This document shows, piece by piece, positions 26,160-39,244 of a stretch of 64,000 bases of DNA. The DNA lies in assembly GCF_018350175.1 (NCBI RefSeq), contig NC_058368.1, positions 131,876,001-131,940,000 of the forward strand. The letters run 5' to 3'. Under the pieces are notes generated by a model. The model did not search any database. It was not told the DNA's origin and was given only the letters and a program-made list of their open reading frames with translations. Source of the DNA: Felis catus (lineage: Eukaryota). The first letter of the stretch is position 1. Each line of letters begins with the position of its first letter. A program made the translations under genes and the position numbers.

Positions 26160-26330
26160 TATCCTGTTCCAGTTATCTCTTGCTGTGTAAAACCACCCCA
26201 AATCTTAGTGACTAAAACAAGAAACATAATTGTGTGGATCAGGAATTTGCACAGGGTACAAAGAGGGTGGTTCATTTTGTTCTACTATGTCTTGGGCCTT
26301 AGCTGGAGTTGCTCAGTTGGCTAGGGACTA
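26160..26330 (-). mobile_element. MaLR LTR fragment (MLT1 family)
   Basis: cagttatctcttgctgtgtaaaaccaccccaaatcttagtgactaaaacaa...ggatcaggaatttgcacaggg. Confidence 0.7.
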
Positions 26331-28120
26331 AATGAGATAGTACGTATGGATGTGCTTATTTTATTAGCACAGTACTTGGAATATTTTTGGACTAGAGAAA
26401 AAAAATAAAAATAACCATGTGAGATTCTAGTCATATTACTTTAGTGATTATAACTTTTTAATAAATTTACTCCATAAAAGAAAATTCTAGCTTATTGACA
26501 AAATTAAGGACAAATATTGAATCTTGCCACATACCTCATATTGGTTTAACGAAAAGCAAAGGGATGCATAGCCAAATGTGCCCCTTATTCTATAAAATTT
26601 TATTCATGAAGCATGAATCAAGACTAAATTAAGAACTCACATAAATACAAATAAAGCATCTTTTCCATTTGGACTGAACTGGTTTGGATTTCACATTAGC
26701 TAAATTAAAAATATGTTTTTATTAGGTGCAAGTAGTTTCCAAAGTGCTTTTCCTGGCTCACATCTTGTCCTTATTTTCTTGAAGGCTGATCTAGCACAGT
26801 TCAGGCAAATTTTTTGGTCCTATTTGTCTGCCAGGTGGTAAGAGAGTAGGAAACCCACAGAGAGGTTAAGTCGTACATAGACTCACAGGAAGAAAAACTG
26901 GCTTTTTCTGCAGCAATACCCTGGGAATAAATCAGCTCTTAGAACTAGTTGCTAATGCCTCTAAGGATGCAACTTGTTTTCAGCTAAATGCCAGACAGTT
27001 CTAGAAGCCGAAAATCTGTAGCTTAATTTAGAACAAGTCGTTAGCCACAATGTAGGTGAAAGTTTTTACAAAAGTCAGGAAGCACAAATTGATGGCTCCG
27101 GCTGTGGCTTAGAGCCTTTCATATCCATAATACTCTTATACTGAACTGTGTGATTTATGTAGCTAGAAAGGAAAGAAACTATTTTTTTTCCCTCTCCCTC
27201 AATTGAAAGGTTTTTTGTTTACTGCTGAAAAAATGGTAAAACCTTTTCTCTTCTACCTTAACTGTCTTATTTCCTTACTTCTTCCCCCATCCCCAGCCTC
27301 CATGACCCTTAGAATAGAAAAGAAGCTTTAAAAAAAAAAAAAAAAAAAAGTAAAAGTTTATATTCTTTCTCCAAAACATCCTGAGTGGCTTAGTCATGAA
27401 ACAGAAGCATATATCAGGTAGGCTCCAAATGTTTAGTTGTGAGAGGTGAGATCAAGACTGAGCAAAATGTTTTTGAGTGTCCTGGGCTTGTAGTTTCATC
27501 AAATTCATAAAGCAAGTTTATTTATCCATAGGGGTGGATAATTAAATTGCAATGGAAATTTTAAGAAACCTTTGCTTAAAGACTCAATACCATCATTGTA
27601 GTAATAGACCTATTAGTACAAATTGGAGTATACCTTACGTTAAATTTCATTTGTCTTGCAAATAGAAAAATCTAAATGTTGTGTAAGGAAATATGCCATA
27701 ACCTTTCTCCTGTTCTTGACTTAATATATGTTACTAAAAATACTCTCAGATTTTTAAGACTACGTTGTGAGACCATTGTGGAAATCAAAAATCAGTAAAA
27801 ATCATGCAGTAAGTGTCTTGGATGTCACAATATTTTTTATTTAACTTCTTGGTTATATTTTTTTTTTTTGAATTTTAAAGAAGATCATGGAAGGAACAAT
27901 GGATTATAATATCTACCAAGGATATTCAGAGGAAATCGTTTGACATATTCCCCCTAACAACAGAAACTTTTCTTTTTCTAAACAGAAATAGGTTTATCTT
28001 CATAATCAGAATGAAGAGTTCTTAAAATCATTATCACATGGTATTGCACTCTACAGAGCTAATCATTGTATTCATTTTGGCAAACCTCATTTCAAATCTT
28101 TAACAACAACAAAAAAAGTC

Positions 28121-28215
28121 TGTTTGTTTATGTTTACACCCAACGTGGGGCTCGAACTCATTACCCTGAGATCAAGAGTTGCATGACTCTTTCAACTGAG
28201 CCAGCCAGGTGCCCC
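28121..28215 (-). mobile_element. Short Can-SINE (SINEC_c-like)
   Basis: acacccaacgtggggctcgaactc...gagccagccaggtgcccc. Confidence 0.88.
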
Positions 28216-28539
28216 TATTTTTGTTTTTGTGTGTAGGTATGCACACATTCACAAACACATGATTCTTTATAAATCAAAAAATACTTTGTCTTTAGTATAT
28301 AATCTGTATTATGTATTCTAATGATTTTAAATCAACATTTCCCATTATAACAGTGATGTAGTGAAGAGTCAGCACATTATCTTGCACCTATCCAGGTGCT
28401 TGAACACTTTTGGCACCTAACAATGCAGCCTAAAATTACTGAGTTAAAGTGTTCACACACTTAGCATTGATACATTTTGCCAATGCTTAAAAGAAATGAA
28501 TTTTTTTTTTTTTAGTGTTAGGTGTACTATTTGACATAT

Positions 28540-29070
28540 TTACTGAGTGTTGAATTACTGCTTATGTGTCAGATTCTGCGCTAGTTATTTGGGTTATAAA
28601 AGTAAAATGACTTGATTTTATTGGAGTAATGGAGATTACAAAGAAGTAACAGGCAGTTAAAAATATGATATGGTAAGTGTGACAGTGAAGATAAATATAG
28701 GGAGCTTGTGTACCAGTTTTGGAGTCAGAAGTCTCTGCAGAGAAAGGGCATGGAAGCTGAGATCTTAGGGATAAATGTGAGTTATGAGTAGAAGGGAAGT
28801 GGAAGAGAGGAGTGTTATAAGCCACGAGGAGTAGGTGTCAAGGATTATGATACATTCTAAGAACTAACAGGATTTTAGAATGTGTGGAATGTATGCAAGG
28901 GGTGAGGCATCAGAGCTAGAGCTAAAGAATAAAGCATAGTTGAGACCATGAAGAACCTTGTAATAAAGTTAATGGGTATGGACTTGAAGAATTAAGGGGT
29001 GCTGTAGCAAGAAATCAATGAGATCAAATTTGAGCTTTAAAAAATTACCCTGCCTCTAGTTTGGAAACTG
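28540..29070 (-). mobile_element. L2 LINE 3' region
   Basis: catatttactgag...tatgtgtcagattctgcgctag...gctgagatcttagggataaatgtgagtt. Confidence 0.65.
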
Positions 29071-30819
29071 ACTTGAGGGCAAGCAAATCATTCCTCAGGT
29101 CAAAAGGCTGCAGTGAACTTGATTTTGGAAACCGTCTGTACCAAAAGAGTCTAAGCTTGCCAATTAGACAAGGCAGTTACGAAGGGTAGTCTTCAAAGAG
29201 AGGTAAACAAGAGCACCATTTATCTAATGGCTCATCTATCTTGAAAAATCAAGCAAAGTACTTTTGGGGGAACTTGGGAACTCCCACCCAGCGAGTGAGA
29301 AGAGAGTCTGAAATCAGAAAAATAAGGTATAATAATAAAATCATCATCATCATCATCATCACCATCTTGTAGTTACTCTCAGAAAGACTACACTTGGATT
29401 AGACTTGATCATAGACCTAAAACAGAGTGACTCGTGCTCAAGTGGAATAGAAGCTCATGATTTACTTTTTGTCTTCATCACAGATGGTTCAGGAGCCATT
29501 TGAAAGGGGTTTGCAGGTGAAGGAGGGACCTCAATGTCTTTACATGTATTAGATAAGAAAGGCAGAGTCAACAGTCCCTAAACTTAAAATGTACGAAGTC
29601 TCAGTGATTTAAGAGGACCATCCATGTGCAACTCCATTTGTGAAACACTGTTGTAAAACCTTATGGTTCTCTGGAAGCCAATTTGTACAATTCTAATCCA
29701 TGCTGATGAAAGTCTAGCTGAATGCCAGAAAACTTCTGCCTCACTTTTCTTCCTTACTTAATCCATACTAGGTACTATATTTAAAGTCATTTGTTCACAT
29801 CTTCATATACTTATACATAATACTGAAGTCATTTTGAGGTAAGTGAAACAAGTTTAGCAAAGCAAGAATACTGTGGGAAGTGGGAAGTCTTTAATAAATA
29901 ATTTACATAATGCTTATTGGTCATTTAGTAAGTATGACCTTCACAAAAATGACCTCATCATTTTTAGGCATATATTATTTCATCTGTTGCAGTTTACTTA
30001 GTGCTTTTTATTCTGTGTTACATATGACATGTCTCATAAAATTCCTCCTCGTATCTAGCTTGTACACATCTCTCTGATGGTTCTCATGATTAGTATTCTG
30101 ATACCATTTCTCCCTTAGTTTATGCCTATATTTATTTAGCCTGTACTACATAATGAATCACAGTGTTAGATACTGTGTATCTAATGAGCTAAGTGTAGCT
30201 CATTAAATTTTTTTTCTAAATGACTTTAGTTTTTTGTAAAAATGATGCCTACTCATAAAAAATTAAGGCAGTATATCCCCAAGCAAGAATAGGAAACCCA
30301 AAACAATAACACACCTACATCCAGAGAAAACTATCATTGACAGTAAGTGAACATTATTCCAGATATCTCTTAAACTCAGGACTGCGGCAAAAGAGATGGT
30401 GGTGAACAATAAATCCATTTAAATATAAAACTAAGGCTATACAACCGTGAAAATTCATATAAATGCTATGAACACTGACAATGTGAAAACAATAATATAA
30501 CTAACCCAAATTGGAAAATGGAGGAAGGAAACAGTGGAAAAAATGTTAAGTACACTAATTTCCTCAACCTTTAGGAAAGGAAGTTAATCTGTATGCCTAA
30601 AATTGAATCATGTCATTTAAAAAAAAAAAAAAAAGGAACTCCACTCTCTTACTGTTTTTATGACATTTTTTCATAAAATGGAAGGATTTCTTAGGAAATC
30701 TTTTGACACAAAGAAGCATTTGTATAAAATTTAGAAACTCTTTTAGTCTTCCATTTAGTATTTTTATGTTAAATTCAAGGAAAGTAAAAATATATTCCTT
30801 CTAAGAAAATTACTTCTTT

Positions 30820-32035
30820 AACCTTGCTTTTTTCCTCTCCTTGGATCACCACCAGAGGGGAGGAAACAGGGCAAACTGCTGCCTTCAAGACTGGAAAGAC
30901 AGGTGAACAGAGGGATTTGCAGCTCACCTGAGCACCAGAACAAACTGCCATGGGAACAGGGCTGGGATGAGAAACCTGAACCATCATTGATGAATTGCTG
31001 GAGGCTCAGTGTGGACAAACCTAAGAGTTAAAAACTCCAGGGGGACACAGTCATAGGGAGGCCTCCCCACAATATTGTGAGATTTACCCCTGAGAGTTCA
31101 ACTAGGTTTTTACAGTAAATATAACAGAAAAATCCCTTAGTGCTTCCTCCAGGGAGGGAGTAAAAGGAACTTTTTTTTTTTTTTTTTTTTTTAATATACC
31201 AGAAGACCGTGTTCCTCTTCCTTGCCTTTAAGGGAAAGTAGTTAACTAGAGCCTAACCTTCTGGGGAATTATCAGAGCCTAACTACCTGGGGGAAAGGAA
31301 ATAGCTAACTTCCTCTAGCTCTAGTCCTCCTTGTGGGAGAAGGGAAATAGCAACTCTAGCCCACTCAAGCCATCCTGCCCCACCTAATGGGGGGAAAGAA
31401 ACAAAAACAAAAGCAAATCAGAAAAACAAACCTGAGAAACAATTGTGAAGTCATAGTCCAGAGGCACAGGATCACTAAAGACTAATACCTAACCATAGGA
31501 CTATAGGGCATCCCCTTCTCCCACACCTCCCCACCACTTTACTAAAGGCCTATTTACAGCAGTTCCTTTCACCTAGTACATCATGAATGGCGACCAGGAA
31601 AAAATTACAAGGCATAACAAAAAGCAAAAGACACAGTTTGAAGAGACGGAGCAAGCATCAGAGTAGATATAGCAAGGATGTTAGAATTATCAGACTGGGA
31701 ATTTCAAACAGCCATCATTAATATGCTAAGAGCTCTACTGGATAAAGGAGACCACATGAAAGAACACATAGGCAACATAAGCAGAGAGATGAAGACCAAA
31801 AAGATGAGAAGGAACGAAAAGGAAACACTATAGATTAAAAACACTGTAAGAGAAGTGAAGAATGCCTTTGAATGGGCTTATTAGTATACTGGACACAGAG
31901 GAAAGAATCTCTGAGCTAGAGGATATTTATTAGAATCTCTGTAAACCAAAAAGCTGGGAGAATAAAGACTGAACGAAACAAAACAATACCAAGGGCTGTG
32001 GAACAACTGCAAAAGGTGTAACATGCATATTGGGA
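30820..32035 (+). mobile_element. Old L1 5' UTR and ORF1 fragment (L1MDa-like)
   Basis: gatgaattgctggaggctcagtgtggacaa...ttaaaaactccaggggga, then ORF1-like gatgttagaattatcagactgggaattt...gaagaatgcctttgaatgggcttattagta. Confidence 0.75.
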
Positions 32036-32044
32036 ATAGTGTAC

Positions 32045-32130
32045 TTCTTTTAATCAGACCTATGATCATGCACACTTTTTTGGCAGTCACATCATGGTGT
32101 TGACTCATGTTGTGCTGTCAGCTAAATGTC
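32045..32130 (-). mobile_element. L3/CR1 fragment
   Basis: ttggcagtcacatcatggtgttgactcatgttg resembles antisense L3. Confidence 0.45.
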
Positions 32131-32499
32131 CCTCTGTCTTTATATTCTTGCTGCTGCTAGTACTCCTGCTACCCCCTAGATCCACCCCTATATCCTACAC
32201 CTATAATTGTTTTGTCCTCTGCTTTATACGCAAGACAGCATTATAGGCCAGAAAATGGGTAAGAACCTGTTTGTGTGTTGGTAGAAATATATCCCAACCT
32301 TAACTTTGACCTGTTTTTTCACATTCTTGAAAGAGTTAAGCTAGTTAGGACTAATCCATAATCATTTTTGCTTAAGCATCCAGCCATTATTTGTTCTTTG
32401 CTTTAATGACAACAATGAAAGATATCATTCTTGCCTTATGCTGCATGAGTGTATGACTGCTTTATTCTCAAAATATGTCAGGCTACTTTCTCTGTCAAA

Positions 32500-33200
32500 G
32501 AAAAAGGTGTATTTAATTTTAAATGATTTATCCTTAATTATGCTAGTTGTTTTAGATTAATTTGTGGTGTTCCGCATTTTGACTATGATATGTCTGCATT
32601 TGGATCTGCTTTTTATTTATCTTGCTTGAATTCACTGAGCTTCCTGAACATAAAGACTAACATTTTTCATCAGTTTTGGAAAATTCTCAGACATTATCTC
32701 AATTTCAGTTTCTATTTTCTCTTTCTGCAATTCCACCTGTAATGGACCTTCTCACTTTGTCGCCCATTTCTTCTAACTTCCCACAGTTGTTGATTTTTTT
32801 TTTCCTCTGTGTTTTGTATCTTGTGTTGTGTGCGTTTTCAGATGTATCTAATTCACTCAATCTCTTTTATTCAGCTACTCAATAGTTCATTGAGTTTAAT
32901 TTTAGCTATTCATCCCTTCTGAAAGTTGTTTTGATTCTTTTTCCAGTCATGGATGTGGATTTTGTATTCAATTTTTTATTCTCTCCATATAATAAGTATA
33001 CTTGTTTTATTTTTGCAGTCTGAAATTTTGAGGGTCAGGTTCTGTTATTTGTTGTTCCTCTGATTCTCACTCACAATGCCGGTTTTTTTATATATATTAA
33101 TGATATTGTGAAGTCTTTTTATTGGGAGGTTGTTTTTTTTAAGAACTCTTGAGTGTTCTTTGAAATATGATTGAGGATTTCTTCCTTCGGAGAAAATTTG
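32500..33200 (-). mobile_element. Old L1/HAL1 ORF1-region fragment
   Basis: tttatttatcttgcttgaattcactgagcttcctgaa...tttcatcagttttggaaaattctcagacattatctc. Confidence 0.65.
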
Positions 33201-34219
33201 CCTTTTGTTCCAACAGGCCCATTAAAGTACTATAGATCACTGGTAATTTTAATTAAAAATACTCCTGAGATGTTTTGAGAATATTCATTAGTTTGAGAGC
33301 CTGCTTACCTGCATGGACCTGAGACAGACAACCTGTTTTATAGTCTTCTTGTGCTTTTTTAGTAGATGTGTTTATTTCCACCTTTCCAATGAGTAGAGAA
33401 TCCTTAGATTTATGTGTAGGAGTACTACTTCAGTCCTCATGATTAAAACCCCAAGTTAAAACCCAATCCTAGATTACTGAGACCACTTAACTCAGAGTGG
33501 CCCAGTAACAAGTGCAATGCCTCTTGCTCTAGTTCTCAGTCCTCTCCTTGTTTTTCAACCCCTTGGTTTTTAGTGAGCTAAGCTATATATTTAAAGAGCT
33601 AAGTTATGCATTTATTACATTTTTTAAATGTACTTTATTCAGCTCTTCTTGGTATTTGATTGCAAGAGAATTTTCAGATTACCTTGTATGAAGCCTTACT
33701 GGAAATGGAAATCTCATGTTTTTCATATTCAGTTAATATCATTCGTAAAGTTGGATTGGGGAATAGACATATGGCTAAAGACCGAATTTCTGCCACAACA
33801 AATTTACTCCACTTCTGTGAAATATTGGCTAAGCCAAGGTCTTGCTATAAAATAACATGTTTGATTCTGAACTTCTTACATGGTGTTTAGACAGAATAAC
33901 AATATCACCTACCAGTACGGACATTTTATCATTTTGTGCAGGATTCATTGTTTAGTCTGATTTGGAAAAGAACAAAATTTTCTAAAATTTGAGAGATCTT
34001 ACAAAGATTAATGGCAACCTACATCAGATGTCTAAACTTCTTATGTAGAAATAAATGTGATCCTTCATATGAAATGAGTAAAATTTTAAGTCTTAAGGCT
34101 ATGTGCAGGTGCATTTAGACTCCTCCTTGTTTCCAAATTGGAGTCTTTCTATTCCTACATATTGGTCCAAGAGATTATGAAGGACATGTAGAACATTATC
34201 TCTCAGATTAAACCTTATC

Positions 34220-34232
34220 TTTTTTTAAAGAT

Positions 34233-34290
<58 letters not shown>

Positions 34291-34463
34291 TGTGTGAGTA
34301 GGGGAGGGGCAGAGAGAGAGGGAGAGAGAGAGAGAATCCCAAGCAAGCTCCACACTGCCAGCAAAGAGCCTGATGCAGGGCTTGGACCCACAGAGTACAA
34401 GATCATGACCTGAGCCGAAATCAAAAGTCAGATGCATAACTGACTGAGCCAGTTAGGCACCCC
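34220..34463 (-). mobile_element. Can-SINE with (TTTA)n tail
   Basis: Canonical body; degenerate TSD aaaccttatctttt/aaacctgtctttt. Confidence 0.93.
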
Positions 34464-34907
34464 AAACCTGTCTTTTGATAGATATCTTCTTCTAAGATCA
34501 TTTAGGCTAAAATACTACAGGTTCTCCATTAGCCTCCCTCATAGAACTTGTAAGTATATAGCCGTTTCTAAGTTGACTTGTTTATTCTTTACCTTCTCAA
34601 CTAGATTACAATGAAAGAAAATAAGCAATTCAGTTCCAAGTGTTCAGTGACCAGAATTAAGATATGTGAGTTTTGTAATTTTTAGTGTTTTGAAACTGCT
34701 ACATTTTTCATTTTTGTAGCATATGGTATTTAATCCAAACAGTGCATCAGACATAAAAACTTATCAGTAAGTTTTTGAAATCTGTGCATTCTTGAGAAAA
34801 GGATATGCCGTTTTAATCTCTTTAGTTAGCCTGAGGTCTCATTTTGTCAGTAATCGATTCTGTAAATAGTAAAAGTAGAAATAGTGTCGGTGGCGGGGGT
34901 GAGATAA

Positions 34908-35110
34908 ATAATAATAGAAGCAAACCAATGTTGAGTACACACTCTAGGCCCAGCGTCATGTTAAGTATGGTAAGCAATTTCCATGGAATTGTATTCATTT
35001 CTTACAACCTTACTGCTTTTCACCTTTTGAGATGCAGAAACTGAGACTTAGATTGCTTAACTTAGTTGTCTAAGGCCATCCTGCTAGTAATAGGTAAAGC
35101 AGAGCTTTAA
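34908..35110 (-). mobile_element. MIR SINE
   Basis: gatgcagaaactgagacttagattgcttaac...ctaaggccatcctgctagtaa. Confidence 0.6.
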
Positions 35111-35925
35111 ACATACAACAAGTTTCCCTTATTTAATTTGGTTAGATATTTCCTGGATATATCTATATATTTTCAAAATTCATGTATAAACTACAACATA
35201 GCATACCTTCCGATACATGGTAAACCTCCATCCCTGTTCCTCCTGATGATACCATAAATGTAAAACTCATGCCATACACTTATAGTTTTAATACCTGTGA
35301 CAGGCTTCTATTATGGCTATTTTATGATTTCATCAACAGCCAAGCTGTTGTTTCATTACAAACAGATTCAGTATCTTTGTGATTAAAGCAGCAGGCTAAA
35401 AACCATGAAGGGTGTACTGTTTGCTTTGCAATCATTTCCATGTGTTATGAATTCTTATCAGATGTTGGGAAATAGCAGGCTTAAGCTAACTGCAAGTACT
35501 ACATGTATGGTCCAAGAAACAGTCATCTGTAGTGGACATATGTTTAGCTGTCAGCTTGCTTAATAAGGTCTCTAAACAAATTCATTTACTGTCCACTTCA
35601 TTTTTGTAGACTAAAGTTCTTTTCAAAAGCATGTCAAACAGGTCTTAATAACCTTTTTTTTTTTTTGAAGGTGAATGTTAGAAAAGGTCAGTGTTTGAGT
35701 TCATCACCCTAATATTAAGATAATATTTCTCATGCCATAAGAAAAAAGAACAGATATAATTCAAAATTTTCCTAAGGCACCTTCCTGGAAACTGGAGAAA
35801 ATGAGAAAAGCATCTGGGAAAAAATAAAAACTGACTGAAAATTATGCAAGATAATTGTTCTTTGCCATTTTAAATCTTCAATCTCAAGTTTAAAAGCTGC
35901 ACAATTTTAAAAAAGCAAGATTTTC

Positions 35926-36126
35926 GGGGCCCCTGGCGGGCTCAGTCAGTTAAGCCTCTGACTTGTGTGTTCGAGCCCCACATCGGGCTCCGTGCTGACA
36001 GCTCAGAGCCTGGAGCCTGCTACAGATTCTGTGTCTCCCTCTCTCTGCTTCTCTCTGTCTCTCTCTGTCTCTCTGTCTCTCTGTCTGTCTCTCAAAAATA
36101 AATAAACATTAAAAAAATAAATAAAA
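35926..36126 (+). mobile_element. Can-SINE with a roughly 25-nt internal deletion between the A and B boxes
   Basis: ctgactt joins directly to gtgtgttcgagcccc; the segment cggctcaggtcatgatctcacgg is missing. Confidence 0.9.
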
Positions 36127-36620
36127 ATGAAAGATTTTTAACTACTTATATAAAGTAATATAAGCAGTCTGATAAAAATTTAAGCATACTATAGTTATAA
36201 AAACTTTCCTGTGTAGTTACTTATTCATAGTGTCTTCTGTTATATAAAAAAAATGTTTGGCTAAAAAATAAGGTATTCAATCTAAATGTACTTTTCACCC
36301 AGTGAATAGTTAGCAAACTAAGCGAGATCCCACATAAGGAATCAGAAGCCTGTGTCATGTTTACAGTTCCATTACTGACTTGGGCAATATTGAAAAAAAT
36401 CTCTTAGTGTCTCTATACTTCAACCTTTTGTATCTATGACAAAAATGACTGTTTGGCATCTCACTATTTCCTTAAATAATGGGTGTCAAGATCCTTAATA
36501 CAAAGAAGTTGAAACAAGACGATCTGTATAATATTATCATTTTTTACATTTATATTATAATTACGACTATGCACTTCAGAAATATGAATTTACACCTTTC
36601 TCAGAATGTACTGGGTGATT

Positions 36621-36853
36621 GGGGCGCCTGGGTGGCGCAGTCGGTTAAGCGTCCGACTTCAGCCAGGTCACGATCTCGCGGTCCGTGAGTTCGAGCCCCG
36701 CGTCAGGCTCTGGGCTGATGGCTCAGAGCCTGGAGCCTGTTTCCGATTCTGTGTCTCCCTCTCTCTCTGCCCCTCCCCCGTTCATGCTCTGTCTCTCTCT
36801 GTCCCAAAAATAAATAAATGTTGAAAAAAAAAATCAAAAGAAAAAAACAAAAA
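36621..36853 (+). mobile_element. Young felid SINEC_Fc-type element with a perfect 18-bp TSD
   Basis: CpG-rich body (ggcgcagtcggttaagcgtccg...tgggctgatggctcag); cagaatgtactgggtgat at 36602-36619 and 36854-36871. Confidence 0.97.
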
Positions 36854-37018
36854 CAGAATGTACTGGGTGATGATAAAACTGAGGCAAAGAAGGATGCTTT
36901 CTTGTGGCCATATAATGATGTTGGGTCTAGGTCTTCTGATAAACATGTCTCTGTTTTTACTGAAGTGTTTTTTTGTTTAATCTTTGGAATGGACATTAGT
37001 TTTAAAAAGAACAAACCT

Positions 37019-37167
37019 GGGCACCTGGGGTAAGTGTCTGACTCTTGGTTTTGGCTCAGGTCATGATCTCACAGTTCATGGGTTCAAGCCCTACATCTGG
37101 CTCTGCATTGTCAGTGTGGAGCCTGCTTGGGCTTCTCTCTCTGTCCCTCCCCTGCTTGTGTGTGCTT

Positions 37168-37211
<44 letters not shown>

Positions 37212-37235
37212 CCTCCCCTGCTTGCTTGTGTGTGT

Positions 37236-37276
<41 letters not shown>

Positions 37277-37368
37277 CCCTCCCCTGCTTGCTTGTGTGTG
37301 TGTTCTCTCTCTCTCTCTCAGTCTCTCTCTCTCAAAATATAAATAAACTTTAAAAAAATAAAAAAAAA
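37019..37368 (+). mobile_element. Can-SINE with A-box deletion and internal 66-nt triplication
   Basis: Head gggcacctggggtaagtgtctg; gtccctcccctgcttg at 37143, 37209 and 37275. Confidence 0.92.
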
Positions 37369-37559
37369 CCCATCAATCACATTAGAGTAGATACCTTTAA
37401 TAGCATAGCACTTAGTATCATTTTACCATCAAATTTTACTTAAAATTATTGATTATTTAGTTTTAATTATTTATATTGCTTATGTAATTTGATAGTTATG
37501 AGCTTTTTGGATTATATTTTGTCATTAAAAAACCCTGCCTTCTAAGCAGCTGATAGTGC

Positions 37560-37690
37560 TTTTACTCGTGCTCATCCTTAATCTTTGCACTAGTCTTGTT
37601 ATAATACATATGCTGAATATAGCCACAATTTATAGATGAGAGAAAACCAAGGCTCAGTGAGGTTGACAACCTTGCCCCAACGCTGTGATC
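37560..37690 (-). mobile_element. MIR fragment
   Basis: tttatagatgagagaaaaccaaggctcagtgaggttgacaaccttgcccc. Confidence 0.65.
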
Positions 37691-37699
37691 AAGTCCACT

Positions 37700-38800
37700 T
37701 TTTCTATGAAGTGTTGAAAGCTGAGGAAGATTTGAGTAGACAGAGATAGGGAAGAAAGACCATTTTAGGTCACGGAAATAGCAGGAACAAAGGGGTACAT
37801 GTGCTGAATCTTAAAGTTTGCCAACGTAATTTTGACTAGTATGTTTCTGGCTAAAATTTAGAGTAACTGTGGAGGATATGTGAGAGATAAGGTTGAAACA
37901 GTAGTTTGAAGGTAGCTTTTGGGAGGATTCACATGCTTGGGAAAGAAACTTAGTGCACAATTCAGTAGGATTTAGGGAATTATGAAGATCAGGGGAGTAG
38001 AATTGTAGGTTTGGCATAAGTGTGCTAAATGAATGGAAGAATGGCCAAACCATAGGCACAGAGACCAGGTAGGAGGACTGTTGTGATAGTGCAGTTGTGA
38101 AAATCCAAACACCTGTCCCTGACCACGGAAAAGAAGAGACTTTGTAAAAGAAGGATGTGACTACCAATCAGCTTTAGAAGATACAGGAGAAATACTAGCA
38201 GGTAGGCCTGGCAACCAGCATTTTGGTGGCTCAAAAACAGGAAAGACAGAAATAAGGTGGTGTTTTTGAGAAACCAAAATGATCAGTCTGACTTTTAAAA
38301 TGGTAAATCTGATGTATTTGTGGAATATCAAATGCAAGTATCCATCTGGCAGTTAGAAATACGATTTAAGCTTGAAAGTGGAAATATGTAAAAAGCATCA
38401 GGCTAACAATCTTGATTTTATGCACTGAATGCATTAAGATAGATGGTACTGAAGTCCTGAATGTGGATGAGATTTCTAAAGAAAAGAGAAAAAGAAAGAG
38501 GGTTGAGACTAAGCTACTAAGAAGCCCCTACATTTGAGAAGCAAGACGTGGAAGAGTAAAAGCCAGTGGAAATAGAGACGGAATATGAGTAAGGTAGGAG
38601 GAGATCTGGCATGACACTATGTCTGAGATTCCAAAAGGTCAGAGGTAAGGTGGTCAACAAAGTGAGATTCTACTGAAGGTCTAAGTTAGCATCCAATGGG
38701 AAGCTGTGGAAATTTTTTATTAGGAGGTCATAAGTTACTTTTTCTAAGACAGCAGTTTAGTAGTGCATGGTTACTAGTAAAGTATTAAAATAGGTGGAAA
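37700..38800 (-). mobile_element. L2 LINE
   Basis: gagaccaggtaggaggactgttgtgatagtgcag...gaagtcctgaatgtggatgagattt. Confidence 0.7.
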
Positions 38801-39244
38801 GCAGGTAAAGTGAAGCAACAAGAACAGTTGAGAAATTGGTTATTAAAAAAAAAAAAAAAAAGGAAGCTCAAAGCTGTAGAGAAACTCAAGGAAAATATTC
38901 CCATCTGGTCACTCATGAATGCTTGGCATTTAGACTGTCGCAGATTCTTTTCCCAGCCCTATCTTTTGTTACTAGCCCCAAGCCCCTTAAATCATTTATT
39001 CTATGGCCTAATGTTTTAGCATACACCCTGTGTTTCACCACCTCCCTGTTTTCATTTAAACACACTACTTAAGTACCTGCCTCTTCACTGTACCTCCACA
39101 TGGGTAACTCCTATTCATCTCTCTGGGCCCAGATCAGATGCCTCCTCTGTGAAGCCATCCCTTATTTAGCCTACTGTAATGTTTCCCTCTCTGAGTTGAA
39201 AAATGCTTCAGTCATTTCTTTGTCATGGCAGTTAACCATGTTAA

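Noticed and set aside
30846..30862. Second CTCF-like motif ccaccagaggggag
   Set aside because: Lacks the conserved GGC ending and lies in an L1 5' UTR remnant.
36621..36700. tRNA-like sequence with A and B boxes
   Set aside because: It is the tRNA-derived head of a Can-SINE, not a tRNA gene; the same applies to the other copies.
36984..37353. Overlapping SL-repeat ORFs
   Set aside because: Translations of the (CT)n tracts in the triplicated SINE.
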